Source: Utricularia gibba (lineage: Eukaryota; Plantae; Magnoliophyta). From it: 64,000 bases of DNA. The notes below the pieces were generated by a model that was not told the origin of the DNA, searched no databases, and worked only from the letters and a program-made list of their open reading frames with translations. This document shows positions 36,975-54,669 of this stretch, piece by piece (position 1 is the stretch's first letter; every line of letters starts with the position of its first letter). Location: the NCBI GenBank assembly GCA_002189035.1, contig NEEC01000010.1, forward strand, positions 2,418,001-2,482,000. The letters are read 5' to 3'. Position numbers and translations under genes: made by a program.

Positions 36975-38473
36975 ATGAACGGTTCTCTGACGGCGGAGGC
37001 GGCGGCGCAGCTCTACGAGGGCATAAATTTAGTGCTTTCCCGATGGACGGCGTTACGTATGGCCGTTGAGAATGAATGGGGCGGCCCTGACTCCCTCAGG
37101 AAATCTCAACAACTTGGAAATGACGTTTTTCATCTACTCACTCAATCCAGAGGTATACTTGGTTCTCGGGCTCCATTTCTTAGAATTTCTTCAACTGTAG
37201 TGTATTTGTACGTGCTACCCTGTTGATCAATTAAACGGCTTCTTGTGATGCCGCTGTCTGATGATCTTCTACGCTTTTCGTGCCCAGGAAAAGTATATAT
37301 TGATGATGTCGAGGATATGCTGGATAATTTCATGCTTTCTCTTGATACGGAGGTAGAAGACGGCAGTATCGGAGAGGTATTACTTTCTCCTTCAAAAGAA
37401 AGGATTCGTTCCTTTTTTCATAGCACGGAAATATTTACATTCATCAACCAGTTGGAAGATAAAGCGTCATCAACCATAACTGCTATGTGTTAACCATCGA
37501 AATAAACGTAGCTTAGCGTTTTTCATATGCTGAATTCTTGGTTTTTTTTATGCGAGAAGAGGATTTGTCATGTGGATATGCTATGTTGTGCATTTAGTTC
37601 ACCTTCTATAGTTTTGGTTTTCTGAAGTTTTTTTTTTTTTTTTTTTGAAAAAAGTTTTTGCTTTGGTAAGTATCATAGTATTGGAATTTTTACCATGTTC
37701 TTAGTGCATTTGTTGTGCTGTGGCATTCTGTGCTGCATCTATAGCTGCATGCTCATGTCAAACGTGTGTATTTTTTTGCGGATGGATGTCTCTCTCTGGC
37801 TGCGTTGTTTATAGCATCTCACTGACTAGATTACATGTATTGAGATTCAGATTTGGCTCCTGGGACATGTGATGCTTTAGAAACTTGCAGTGATGGTGTG
37901 TGGTGGATGATGCTATTTTAATTTGCCTTGGTTCTCTGCATCTTCTGTCTTCCATGGAATCCGTTATGTTTTCTGCAATCTTTGCTTTTTACTCCCCAAT
38001 TCACAAGTATGAAATGACAGCTTCTCAAACTTTATCCAGATAGCTGAGAAAATGATGGTAATGCATGAAGAATGCTGCCAAGGAAATTTCAACTCCATAA
38101 GGTTGTTGAGGGAATCAAATGCTCCCACCCTTTCGTATGTCGCACAGGTTATTATTTGTCTTGCTTCCTTAATGCACTCACGGATAGAGTTTATCTTCTC
38201 ACATTATCATCATATGCACAGCTCACAAAGCTTGTTTTATGATTCATTTGCCATCAGCCTTCACAATCCAGTGAAGAAGAAGATGGTGACGAAGCTTACC
38301 ACACGACTGATTTAGATAACCAGCATGCGATGGAAGTTGATGATCAGCCCAGCGTTGGTGCAAAAGAGACCATAAACAACACTAGTTCAGGCACCAGTAG
38401 TAGATCACCGCAGGTTGTAGATGATGATGGATGGAGTGTAGTAACTTCAAAGCGCAATAAGGGTAGGAAATAA
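36975..38473 (+). CDS. TSR2: Pre-rRNA-processing protein TSR2, 4 exons
   Basis: EGINLVLSRWTALRMAVENEWGG, YIDDVEDML, DTEVEDGSIGE and C-terminal DDDGWSVVTSKRNKGRK*. Confidence 0.9.
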
Positions 38474-38617
38474 TAGTGTAGCTTGCAGGTATTCATTCAG
38501 TTTCAGAGTTTTTTTGGTTCTTGTATCGAAACTTTGATACTGTTTGTTACAGCTGACACACTTAGCCCTTATTGGAACCTCATCGGCTAGAAAATAAGCT
38601 TGGTTTGAAACAGGCAC

Positions 38618-38981
38618 TCATCTCGCATCTCTGAGTTTCTTGTTTAGGGCGAACAGGGCACCAATGATGGCCAACACGATCCCGGAGATGATGATCACCC
38701 TCTTGAAACTCTCCACGGAGTCGTGCTTCCGTTGCTCTTTCTTCGAATTTTCTTGTTCTGTTGGCTTCATGTCGATGGGTGTGTGCTGTGAAATGTTGGT
38801 ACTTTGCACAAGATAAACTGAAACCAAACCTTGACATGGGATGAGGAACATGTACCTTGTTTTCCTTGGTTACTGTGGGGATGTTTGACGCTGATGGATC
38901 GACGTGAAAGTCATCGTTGTTCGCCGGATTTAACTCCTGTTGCACGTCGACTGCCGGAAAAGCTTCGGAGGAGCTCGACAT
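38618..38981 (-). CDS. Small (97 aa) protein with a C-terminal transmembrane segment (tail-anchored type), 2 exons (38981-38856, 38785-38618)
   Basis: A 70-nt GT-AG intron joins two phase-0 exons exactly (42 + 56 codons). Hydrophobic VIIISGIVLAIIGALFAL followed by basic NKKLRDAR*. Confidence 0.7.
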
Positions 38982-39346
38982 TGTTGTACTCTTGTTGTGT
39001 TTTTTTGCATGGAATGGATGGTTCAGGCTATAAAAGGCGGTTTATCCTCCAGGCACTTCCGCTTCTCAAGGATCTTACGCTCAACAGTTTCTCTTTTTTA
39101 GAAAGTCCATCACAAGAAAATCATGCAAATCAAAGATTGTTGTATTGAAGGAGAGGAACACAAGCATGATTTATGTGGTTCATCTTGATCCCAACAGGTG
39201 TGGGGTGGGGCGAGATCGACTATATGTGTTAGGAGTGTTATGAATCTCAAAAAGACAACACAGAGAATGCCTCAACAAAAGCTCGACTGATTTAGTCAAT
39301 TGCAACAAACATTAAATATGATGAGTAAACAACAAAAGCTACCTTC

Positions 39347-42300
39347 CTAGTTCTTGGCACCAAAACCACGAGCAGCAGGTAGAGCAGTTGAATCTGTGAG
39401 TTGCTTCCTTAATCCTGACCTTCTCTTCCTCCTTGCTGTACCAGGAGGTGCCTAAAAATAGAAGAGGAAAACCATGTTCGGCATGTTAAGGGAACACGTT
39501 GAAGGATGATGAATATAGGTATTACCTTCTGTTCGGCCTTTAGGGCCTCCTGGAGATTGTTTAGAGCCGGAAGGGAGCCCCCTTCGAGTGCACCCATCAA
39601 GTTCTTCATCCGGGCACGCATTTGAAAAAGTTGGGCAACAAGTTGAGTAACCTGATGAAGTATTAACAAGGTGCATTGAAGATCCACAAGTTGGAGAACA
39701 AAACAGGGATGAATATGGTTTCTATCAGGCAGGCTATCATGGAAGGTATTGGCAGATACGCACCTGCTGTTCGGTTTTACCCGATTCCTGAGCTATCCTT
39801 CTCCTCCTATCTGGTGATTCGGCCAGAAGTTCAGGCTTTTCCCGTTCCTCTGAAAAAGATGCTGAGTATAAGATATGCTGTTTTCACAAAAAAGAAAAAA
39901 AAAAAAAGATGATGATATGGACGTACCTGGAGTCATGACTTCAATCATGGACTCCATCACTTTTAAATTTTTTTCGGCTTCCCTAATTTGTGCTGGAGAT
40001 ACCTGCTTCAAATATGGCTATTAGTATCACAATACCTTTCGATATTTCTGGAGATTCTAAGTATCGAAGAGGTAGTTCACTTAAGACAATTTTGCATCAT
40101 GAAACTATATATACCTTCCCCATACCAGGAATCATCCCTATAACACGAGACATTGAGCCCATCTGGGCAACAGCGCGTGTCTGCTTCAAGAAGTCATTGA
40201 AATCAAATTTTGCACTCAGGATTTTTTTCTGCAGATCTTCAGCATCTTCTTGGCGCATCTATTCAGGGAACCAGAATTCACATTCATTGACTTAATTGAA
40301 CGGCAAAACAGGCATATGATCAAATGAGGGTAGTTTGATTCTCACGACTTCTTGTGCTTTCTCCACAAAAGAAAGGACATCACCCATTCCTAAGATACGT
40401 CCAGCCATGCGATCTGGATAAAAAGGCTCAAGGTCCTCCATACGCTCCCCTCTTCCTACAAGCTTGATTGGTTTCCCAGATACCTGTGCACAACCACATA
40501 TTTTCTATTTACAGCTGCACTACTCATGAAGAAAGTCCATCTCAAGACGTTCATCTCACATGCCATCAAATCCTTTTTTGTGGAAAAGAAATGGAGATAC
40601 GAGTGACTGACCTCCTTGACGCTTAATGCAGCACCCCTCTAGAATCACCATCCAACTTTGTTAATATTGCACCAGTGATTCCAATTTCCACATTGAAGGT
40701 TGTAACCAAGGCTTGATATCACCATAAAACATTGCAAGCACAAGAAGAAAGTCTCCGTGAAATGCATCATAACGAGACATTTAATTCATTCTTTGATAGT
40801 ATGCTACATAAATTGCTGTCAAACAAAGAATGAATGAATAAGGAGAATACCAGCAGCTTCTTGGCCAGTCATTGCATCCACAACAAGCAACACTTCTGTA
40901 GGATTTATAACCCTTTTAACCTCTTTGAGCTCATCCATCATTGCTTTATTAATCTGACGGAAAAAATAATATTTTAAATTTCAGTAATTGACATAATTGT
41001 GCAGACAGTCTAACTTAAGGTCATTTACTTGAAGTCTTCCAGCAGTATCCATTATTACGACATCCACATTTTTCTTCCTAGCCTGTTCCATGCCTCGTCT
41101 TGCTATTTCTGCAGGCTTAATTTCAGTTCCAGCAGCGTAGACAGGTACACCAACCTGCTTAAATAATTAAGTGAGCATCGCATGAAATCAAAAAATAATT
41201 AAAAAAAGACATAAAGGAAAAAAAGAGAGAACATATGGTGTTGATTACTAGCATAGGCTCTCCTCAAATCTTTTTTTCACGAAAAAAAAAACATCCATCA
41301 TCGATGCTTCCAGACTATGGATCCATATCCAGAATTTACCTGTTCACCTAAGATGACCAACTGATCAATGGCTGCAGGCCTGTATACATCACCGGCAATT
41401 AGCATGCAGCTCTTCCCCTGATGATACATTTCAGTATTAGAATGAAAAAGTCATGGATACTATCAAGGAAAATGGTTCTGTAGAATAGAAAGAGGTTCTG
41501 AAAAACGAGGATTTGAAACCAACACAAAATGCACCTGCTTTTTAAGATACAAAGCTAGCTTTGCGCTGACAGTGGTCTTTCCAACACCTTGCAACCCAGC
41601 CAACAAGATGACTGTTGGTTTGGATTTTGAAAATACCAGCTCTGAAACTTCTCCACCCATCAGTTTTACTAGCTCATCATGCACAATCTGCATGCATTAA
41701 AAATGAACTTGATACCTATTCATATGAAAGCCATCAGCCAAGGTCCCAATGGTCGCTCAAATTTTAACAAGATACCCATTTATCAGAAAAGAAAGGATCA
41801 TGCAACTGCTCGTGATTTCTCTCAAGTTTGCGTAGGAAAAATCAGAATATTCAGCGGTACCTTTACTAATTGTTGGTCTGGCCTTACTCCCCGGATCACT
41901 TCTGTTCCTACAGCTTGATCGCTCACGGCCTGAACAAATCTTCTAACCACAGGAAGGCTAACCTGACAAAAACACACAACAGATAGCTAATAGATCTACA
42001 TATCTCTATTTATATACCCGCTTGCAGCGTTGTTAGACTTACATCTGCTTCTAAAAGGGCTCTCCTGATGTCTCTCATAGGTTCAACAATATTTTCCTTC
42101 GTTATGACCTCTATATCCCATAATGTTCATGAATAAAAGTTAGTTGATTCTGGAAAAAGATCAGCATATCTAAATCAGGAACATGCACACTACACAAAGA
42201 ATCATGAATCCAAAAGAAAGTTTTTTCTTAAATGTACACTTCAACCGTCATTCTAAATTCATCAACTTCATTGCAATAGTATTATAATCTATGACATTCT

Positions 42301-42704
42301 AAACAGATGTGTGCTGAAAATAGTAAGCAAGGCTACCTTCTCCCCTGAGCTTGCTCCAAGCGGCTTCGAGGCCACTAGTTAGCTGCCCAAACATTTCTGC
42401 CCTCACAACTCCCTGCATTTTATCTCTCTGAACCACAACGCGGGACGAACTTATCACACTCCATAGCTCTCTCTGCATCACATTCCAAAACCAATGTCAT
42501 ATATTTTTTTCAAAGAACCCTGAAGCAACTTAATGAACTCACCGTGAACGAATTCCCGGCGGCAAAGGAAAGACTCCGAACAGAGCCAGCTGCGGTCGAA
42601 GAGCTATTCAGACATCTACGATGGTGAATTCTCGGAACCGTGAGATTGCATGACGGAGAAAAATGGCGGGAACTAGTGGCCGGGAAATTAACGGTGGCCT
42701 CCAT
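39347..42704 (-). CDS. cpSRP54: Chloroplast signal recognition particle 54 kDa subunit, multi-exon
   Basis: Ser-rich transit peptide, [16 protein letters not shown]1 [52 protein letters not shown] and APPGTARRK...RGFG. Confidence 0.95.
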
Positions 42705-42842
42705 CGAAACTGGCCGTGGTGTCGCCGGATCCTCTTATCCGTTTTTTTCTTTGGTTCAGCTTACTCTTTCATCGGCAGTTCCCAATCTAGTGCATCGCGG
42801 ACCATTGCATATTATAGTCTCTAACTGCTAGAGGCTAACGAT

Positions 42843-42901
42843 TGGGCCGTATAACGGGCCAGAGTTTCTCCAACAAATCGACCCGTGTCGAATTAGGCCC
42901 A
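42843..42901. promoter_or_regulatory. Site II motifs upstream of cpSRP54
   Basis: TGGGCC at 42843 and GGCCCA at 42896. Confidence 0.5.
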
Positions 42902-43452
42902 TTAATAATTGAAAAAAACATGTGTATTGGACAAAACTAATATTCAATGTTTTTTAATTTGTATATAATTATTTTTTATTATGTAAATATCAGACATAAT
43001 CAATTTTACAATTTAAAAATTAAAAATATTTAATTCCTACTATGTTACCATATAATAAAATTGATTTCACAAATTAAATTGATACTATCTGCAAATTTTT
43101 CAAAATGATAAAATTAAATTCCAAAATTAAATCTTAATTTTTTATCAAAATTTAAAAAAATGGAAACTATTTTTGCATAATTATACTTAATTTTGAAACA
43201 ATGAAAATTCATTTTTATCTGATTTTGAAATATTGGAAATGAATAATAATATTTTTAAAAATCAATTATAAAACGATAAGAATTATTGGCATTATAATAT
43301 TATTTTTTTCCCCATTCAAAGAGGATCCATTCCATTTCTCAATGGTTCTGAAAACTAGAAATGGCAGCCAGTTCATTGACTGAAGAATCGCCTTGCTTCT
43401 TCATCTACAAGATCACAATGCAGAGAAACTGAACTCACAGAGGTTACCTTTT

Positions 43453-45058
43453 CTAAGCTGCAGCAACTGTTTCCTCCAAAATGACCCTTTTCATGTGATC
43501 CAGAAGCTCCTGAATCTGCTTCCTTGAGTGCAGAGGAAAAGGGAATACACAAGCACAGTCTAGCTTCCCATCCCTCACGGTGTCGAACACCGCCAAGGAA
43601 GGGCCGATGCCGTGAACCGATGAGCATCCGATGAAGTCGTCCACGCCGATGGCCTCATGGCGTTCGTTGGAGTTATCGATCTCAGTTTCCTCGAAAATGG
43701 ATACCAGTGCGGTTCTCATCGACCCCGAGGGCGTGAGGCCGGGGTTCTCTACAGCTTTGCACATCAGAAAGTTCATGGCCGCCATGTCTGTGAAATGCTT
43801 CCTGTTCTTCTTAGCGTTCACGAAGGATGAATGGATTCGCTTCCCCAGTGCCCACACGCTTTCGCCTCCTCTTACATCGTGCGAGTTCAGAATGGCGGAG
43901 TGATAGAACCCTGCATAACATATCGGAGATGAAAGGGAATCTGGGAGCAGATAAGATTGATTGATTGCTTGGAAACTAACCAACATGGCGGCTGCTGAGA
44001 ACTGGATCAAGAATTGGACGACAGTCTATGAGTGTGACAAGAGAATACTTTTCATATTGCCCTTCAGGTATGTTCTTTGAAGCATGAGTAGCAATTAAGC
44101 AAGCTGCAGCTATGACTCCGCATAGCTGAACCTCTTCACTTTCACATTTCTGCAGTGATGTAGATGAAAACTTGCTCAACCAGTAGATGTAATCATTCTT
44201 GAGGGAACAAAGCCAAAGCCATTATGAAGATAACAAACACAAGCATGGAGGTTTCACTGATAAAACACTTACAGACAAAAGGATGGAAGTTTCTTCTTTA
44301 CTCATCTGCAGCCGAGCTATACGAGACTTCACAGGAGGCTCCAAATCAACGAACTTCAAATTTGAGAATCTCAGAAAGTTTAGTGAATAGCCCACCATGT
44401 CAATAGCGTGAGCCCAGATGGGTTTGTCAGCGTGTCCTCGAGGAATTTGTTCCTCAATGGGTACACAATCCTCCACCTTCTTCTCCGGATCCATGGAGTA
44501 CCCATCTGCCGCACCCCCGAACTCCAACAACTCCTTGAGCAACGTCGCCGCCGAAGCTCTATCGCACACAGACGTATGAAGCCTTAAAGCCAAGACCCAC
44601 TTTCCATCCCCTAGTTCATACAAAGTAGCGAAGAAAACATCACTACCCAGCGACGGACTGTCATAATCCCGCCATGGATTACTGTTCAATTCGTGCTCGA
44701 GGAGGAGGTGAAGTGGGGGAATTGAATCACACTCATCCCCAAAACTCGATCTGAGAATCTGGGCCGTCGATGGTGGATCGACCCGCTGGAGTTGAATTCC
44801 TGGATTGACGGGAATGGAGTAAGTGAAAGAATTCGAGCTAGGATCGAAGCAAAGCCTGGATTTAAGAATTGGGTGTGCGGTTTGAATCTTTTTAAGGGCA
44901 TTCTGAAAAAAAGGGACATCCAGAGGCTTGGAACCCAGAACGGAGAGAACAGTGATTCCGGTGCCGGCAGGCACAGCCTTGCACCAGCTGTGCTCTGTGA
45001 CTCCGGGCACCCGAGATTTCAGCTCCGCCGCGTCAACGGATTCCGGCGGAACAGCCAT
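43453..45058 (-). CDS. CoA-dependent acyltransferase / alcohol acetyltransferase-like (condensation-domain) protein, 3 exons
   Basis: TEHSWCKAVPAGTGITV, HPILKSRL, LRLHTSVCDR (His...Asp motif), VTLIDCR, GFYHSAILNSH and LDCACVFPFPLHSRKQI. Function is inferred from motif resemblance only. Confidence 0.8.
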
Positions 45059-45222
45059 AGTCCCTACGCTATGGAAATAATCTAAGACTTGGTGAAAAAC
45101 AATGGGTGATGATGCATGGTGTAGGTGCTACCTACCTCTGACGCTGCAAAGTACCAAGAAGACGCCCAGCTTTTTCCATTTTATTTTCCAATATTTTTCG
45201 GCATTAACACGCGTCATCTCTG

Positions 45223-46775
45223 TTACCAAGTTTTAGAATCAAATCCCAACCTCACCAACTCGGAGTACAAAATTTCATTCCACGTATCCGGTACTCCGGG
45301 CAAGCACCAATGGCTGCAGTCCTGCGGCGCATCCGCCGGAGTACCCGGTTCACGGTGGAGGGACGGGTGGCCGTCTCTCCTCAGTTCCGTCAAGTACGTA
45401 ACGTTTATGAACTCCGCTCTCTTCATTTTCCTCTTCATCTCTTGCACTGCTTCTGATATGATAATATTATTCACCACTTCGTTTCGAAGCTTCGACCTAT
45501 CGGTTTGTGGCTCAGTATACCGATCACAATGTCCTCCGGTATCCCACTCTCCATCTCTAGTCAAACATGACCGGGATATTTGGTTAAAATTCATGCAGAG
45601 ACTGTAAAAGGGTAACGGAATTCTCACCGGAAATGCGTCGGTGAGTAGCTGCGGAAGAAAAGCAAAGTCTTCTGAAGGTTCGTGTTCTCGACAGCCCACG
45701 TCTTCAAAGTTGTCATAGATTTCCTGAAAGCCTCCATTACTTCCATTGTCATGTTAACCTTCTTCCCTTCTTGAAAATAATGGCCCCTGCTCAGACAAAG
45801 TAACCTTTTTTCCGTAAAAATGGTTGGAATACGACGTGGAGTGGATCGGGAAAAAGAAACCATACGATTTCACTGTCTTGTCATGGTTCCACCAATGGCC
45901 AGCACTAAAGACTAGAATATCAGCACCCGCCCATTTGGCAGAGAAGCGATGCAGCTTGTCTACTCGGATCACGCCGTAGACTTTTTCCGGCGAGTTATCC
46001 GGTGGGCGGTCCGTGGCCACGAGATACGGGACTCGGTAGTACTGAACAGTAAGATTGTGTTGCCGGAATTTGATCGAGAGGAAGCCTTTGTGTTTTGAAA
46101 TAGGCTTTCCGTTTTCTTCTTGAATTGCGGATTGGTTAGCGACTCCTTGGGCAAGCATGCAGATCAAAGATTCCCACTGGTTTCTGCCGATGGAGTCCCC
46201 TGCAAAGACGATGCGACTGTTTTCGCCACGCCGGAGAAAGTCCTTCGCATCGAAGCTACAGGCTCACAAATAGAAGAAACCAAGAAAATCAATTACAGGC
46301 AAATGCAAAAACCATAGAAGAAATAATAGAGGTATTAAACTCGATTCAATAAAACACCAAGATCAAGAACCCTACAAGAAAGTTCAAAATTCCCGATTAC
46401 CCCATGAAAGGAAAACCAAGAAACAACCGTCAATAAAGATCACACATACCTGGGAAGACTACATCCATAGGGCCGCCATCGCCACTTCTGATAACCCAAA
46501 TCTGGTCGACCGTTGCGGTGGCACCGGAAACCGGGGTCGAGGAAGGGGCAGTTCTCCGAGTACGTCTTCTCCGGCAAGCTCTCATCCCACACCCAATTCC
46601 CAAAAGAGTGATCACAGGATTCCGTTTTACCTGGAGGAAGTAACAGGGTGGTAGTTAAAGGATTCCGATTCAAGGAGGTGTGGCAGAGAAGGGAGATCAG
46701 GATCAAGGCGAAAGTGATAAGTATGAGTCGCGTTTCTTTGTTGAGTGGAGGAGACGAATGCGGTGGTTTTTGCAT
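45223..46775 (-). CDS. TBL8: Trichome birefringence-like O-acetyltransferase (TBL8/9 type), 4 exons
   Basis: N-terminal TM, CD...[21 protein letters not shown]...[19 protein letters not shown] (GDS) and [16 protein letters not shown] (DxxH). The exact paralog is uncertain. Confidence 0.93.
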
Positions 46776-47258
46776 GGAGGACGAGGAAGGAGAACCAGAG
46801 GCTGCGAAAATAACTAGTGATGTGATTTTGTCAAATCTTGATTAGAACCCTAATTGCGATTGTATGATACGTTTTTCTAATTCGGTATAATTAATATTAA
46901 ATAATTAAAACTAATTAATGTTGGATTTAGGGTCTTAATGTGAATTTATATTCAAAATCAACCAACTCCTTTTAAAAACAAATTAATTACTTTATAAATT
47001 AATCCAATAATTATTATTTTTTATTGCATAATTTAAAAAATACATTTATTTTCTAAAATATTTTTGAATTTCAAATTATTACGTCACAATAATGTTAAAA
47101 ATATTATATAATAAAAGAATAGGTCTGACCACAGTCGTCGGATTTAATGGTTTCCGATCAACGGAGAGTGAGACACCGTGAATAGAAGAAGATGGCCACG
47201 GTGAGAATGGTTGATGGAGAAGAATGGCGATGGCAGCGAATCTGCTTCGTGTGTTAAC

Positions 47259-47289
47259 TGGGCTTGTAAATGGGCTTAACGAGTGGGCC
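47259..47289. promoter_or_regulatory. Site II cluster upstream of the ITPK4 leader exon
   Basis: TGGGCT 47259, TGGGCT 47271, TGGGCC 47284. Followed by a pyrimidine-rich leader and a GTAAG donor near 47430. Confidence 0.55.
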
Positions 47290-48172
47290 TTCATTGTTTT
47301 CTTCGCTTCATCTGTTGCATTCCCTTCACAGATTCCTATGGCATTTTCGCTCAGTACTTTCCCAGAGTTCCCTTTCTACTGCACTTTTGAAGATTCCATC
47401 GTCTGAATTCCTCCGGGTTGCGTTTAGAGGTAAGCAATGCTCTGTCATCTCTATCTTCTTCTGACATCGTTCTTGGCCTTTTAGAGTATTCCGTTAATTG
47501 ATTATAGATTGCGAATCAAAAACAAACAAACAAGCCAAATGATATGGACTATTCAAAACTGTTTTTTTTTATTTGTTTCTTTGAAAAATAGGATGTTTCA
47601 ATGCTTTTCCCAAATTTTTACTATGTTGTTTAACGACTGTTGTTGAACCATGCCAGAAATTTCATTTTGAATTCTAAAAAATGAGAATGCAGAAAGAGAA
47701 GTAGCTAAAGAATTAATTCTCATTTTGTGTTATAATTTGCGAATGAGTTCTGTAAAATTAGATTCATGATGATTCTGTAAAAGGGTCCATTTTTCATTCG
47801 AAGAATGAGAATGAATGTATAAAATGATTTCAGAACACAGGTTCAGTTTTTCCGTACTATGCTCCTTCAGTGAGCATGCTGGTCGTAATCATTGTCGGTT
47901 TTATCAGGGTTTGAATTAAAAAAAATTATTCCTCTTAAAACATGAGAACTATGGACATTTTTTATATGGATAAATATCATCTATGTCAGTCTTATTGTGG
48001 AAACAGTAAAAACGGATCTGTGATGCCTATTTCTTGATTATCTTCCATTTCTCTCCAACCAATGTTTTTTTTTTCTGGCACTACCTTGCAATAATCTAAG
48101 CATTGTCTGGCTGGAGATATGATGAGTATGTTGCATTTGTAATGCGCTGAACATGCGTACATCTGCAGAAGT

Positions 48173-52152
<3,980 letters not shown>

Positions 52153-53447
52153 TTTTCATCAAAAGCACCTGCTTCTCTCCCTTATCTTTTTACTCCAGAT
52201 TGTCACTGTTATCACTTTCTCCCTAATCCTCTGCATCATCTTCATTTTGGTACTCCACAAGGCACTGAAAGAAGCAGCTTGCTCAGATATGTATATATTT
52301 AAATAATTATTTAAGAAATGAATGTATTTAAAATCAATTTAAAAAACAAAAAATTTGAATTTTTTTATTGTCCTTCAATATCTCTAATATAATTTTTATA
52401 CAGACATCAGGTTGTTTTATAGGATAAATTAGAAACAAATATAATTATTTTATTTACTAAATAATAATTATTTATACATTAATAATTAAAAAAATAAACG
52501 AGTCAATGGGAATAATACCGTTCAAAATCAAATTATTTAATTTTTTGCATAATATATCCCATTTTAATATTTTTTTATATTTTACGAATTTATATGTAAA
52601 ATAATACGAATTTGTTTGATATAATTCCATTTCAATAAAATTAATTTTACAATTGATTTTCGAATAAAACATGCATTGTTTTTACTCCACATGTAGTTGA
52701 AATATTAAAATGCTTCAATTTTTTTAAGAAGCTAAAGTACTACTGTTCCAATAAAAATTGAATTATTTATTAAATATATAGAATTAATTTTTTTAAAATT
52801 ATTTTTAAGAGGTATTTCAAGGTATCCACTTCTCATTAGGGGTGTTTTATACAACTTATAAATAACTTAACTAAATTATAAGTAGTAACTTATTAGATGT
52901 GTGTTTTTTTTAACTTATATGTTATAATTTATAAGTTGTTTATAAGTTGTATTTTAAAAGTAGGTATATAGCTACTTAATTGTAACTTAAATAAAAAAAA
53001 TACTGTGAAATTACTTATATGCCCTTATATTAAAATATAAAATGATAAAAAATTTACTTCTCACCTTAATCTGCGTGTATTGGGTTGGGTGTGATTTCTC
53101 GATTTTTGATTCAAGACCTTGCGGACGGAATTCCCCAAATCCAGCTCCTTCGAAGTTCCAGATTTGTTGCTCTCCACCCCATTTTTTCGTTTCCAAGATT
53201 TTATTTTTTTGTTGCCTTTTGTTTTTTCGTTTTTCTTACGTCACACAAGACTGTGTCGCTTCCTGTTCTGCGGAGGAAAGCAAAAAGCACTTTTTAGATT
53301 TTATGAGATTCTAGCAAAATTTCTTTACAGTTTGCTTCTGCAGTTAGATAGATTTGGCTTGAGGCATAGCTTTACAATCCCTTAGTATTTATTTTTTTTA
53401 AATTTTGCTGCTGCAATTTAGTGTTTTGTTGCTTCTACAGGGAACAC

Positions 53448-54564
53448 ATGGATAAACAAGTACCATCTTCGCCTACTTCTAGTGCTGCTTGGGACGAAAA
53501 TGCTACTCACATATTTTTGGAAGCTTGTGCACATCAAGTTTATGCAAATAATATGCTTGGAACATGTTTTAATTCTCAGGGGTGGTATGGGATTTTGAAA
53601 GAGTTTAATGAAAGGACGGGGCGTCGTTATATGATGAAACAGTTGAAAAATAAATTCAACTCAATGAAAAAAGATTGGTCCATATGGATTAGGCTTCAAA
53701 AGACAACTGGAAGTGGATGGGATGACAACTTGGGAGTCATAACCGGAAAAGAAGAATGGTGGTCAAGAATGATTAAGGTGATTTTTTTTTTGTATTTGTA
53801 CTTATATATAAATGATAAATACATTATGACTCAATTATTTTGTATTTTCTAGGAGATGCCAGGATGCAAAAAATTCAAGACCACTCCACCTATTTATTCT
53901 GAATTGCAAAATGTTATCTTCACACCAGTGACAGCAATAGCTGATTCGGCATGGAATACTGGAAATGGCAAGGTCCCTCCACGAGCGCCTTATCGTATGT
54001 CGACAGGGGTTGATAGCTCTACTAATGATGGTGATGCATCTGTTGACTTAGATAACATAAACATCCAAGATGATGACTTTTTCAATAATATTGATATTGA
54101 AATGAATGAACAACCATCATTTTATGATAGTCCACAACATGTATGTTACTATCTAAATTATTTTACTATTATATAAATTTACTATTATATGAATTTACTT
54201 CTAATCTGTTAATGTTTAGGGAAGTGTGGAAGTTGGTGCGAGCAGTGCTAATGTGGGAAACAAACATCAAAGAAGAACTATTAAAGAAACAGGAGAAAAG
54301 TTGGCTGAGTCAGTTGCTGCTTTAACAAATCAGTTAAAGAGTGGATCTTATTCATCTGTGCCTCAAAGACAAAAGGTATCCTCGATTGCAGAGTGCTTAG
54401 ATATAGTGAGGGGAATTCCAGAAGCACGAGAGGATCCAAGTGTGTTTGGAGCTGCTGCATTGGCGTTCGACAAGACTGTTTATCGTGAAGCTTTTATGGG
54501 TATGACAAGTAATGAAGAGAGGTTGGCATTTATCAGAGCATATAAGAGTGCTAATCTAAAGTAG
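53448..54564 (+). CDS. Harbinger ORF1 Myb/SANT-like DNA-binding protein, 3 exons (53448-53777, 53853-54140, 54220-54564), intact 320 aa
   Basis: AAWDENATHIFLEAC, GWYGILKEFNERTG, QLKNKFNSMKKDW, TGSGWD and EEWW. All exons are phase 0 and join without a stop. Confidence 0.88.
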
Positions 54565-54669
54565 TTTTCTTTTAATATTAGTAGGTGAATTTGAAATGTA
54601 GTAAGAACATTGCTTTCTTTAAAGTTGAACCATTTCATGTGGATGTCTGACTGAATGTGATTTTACGTA

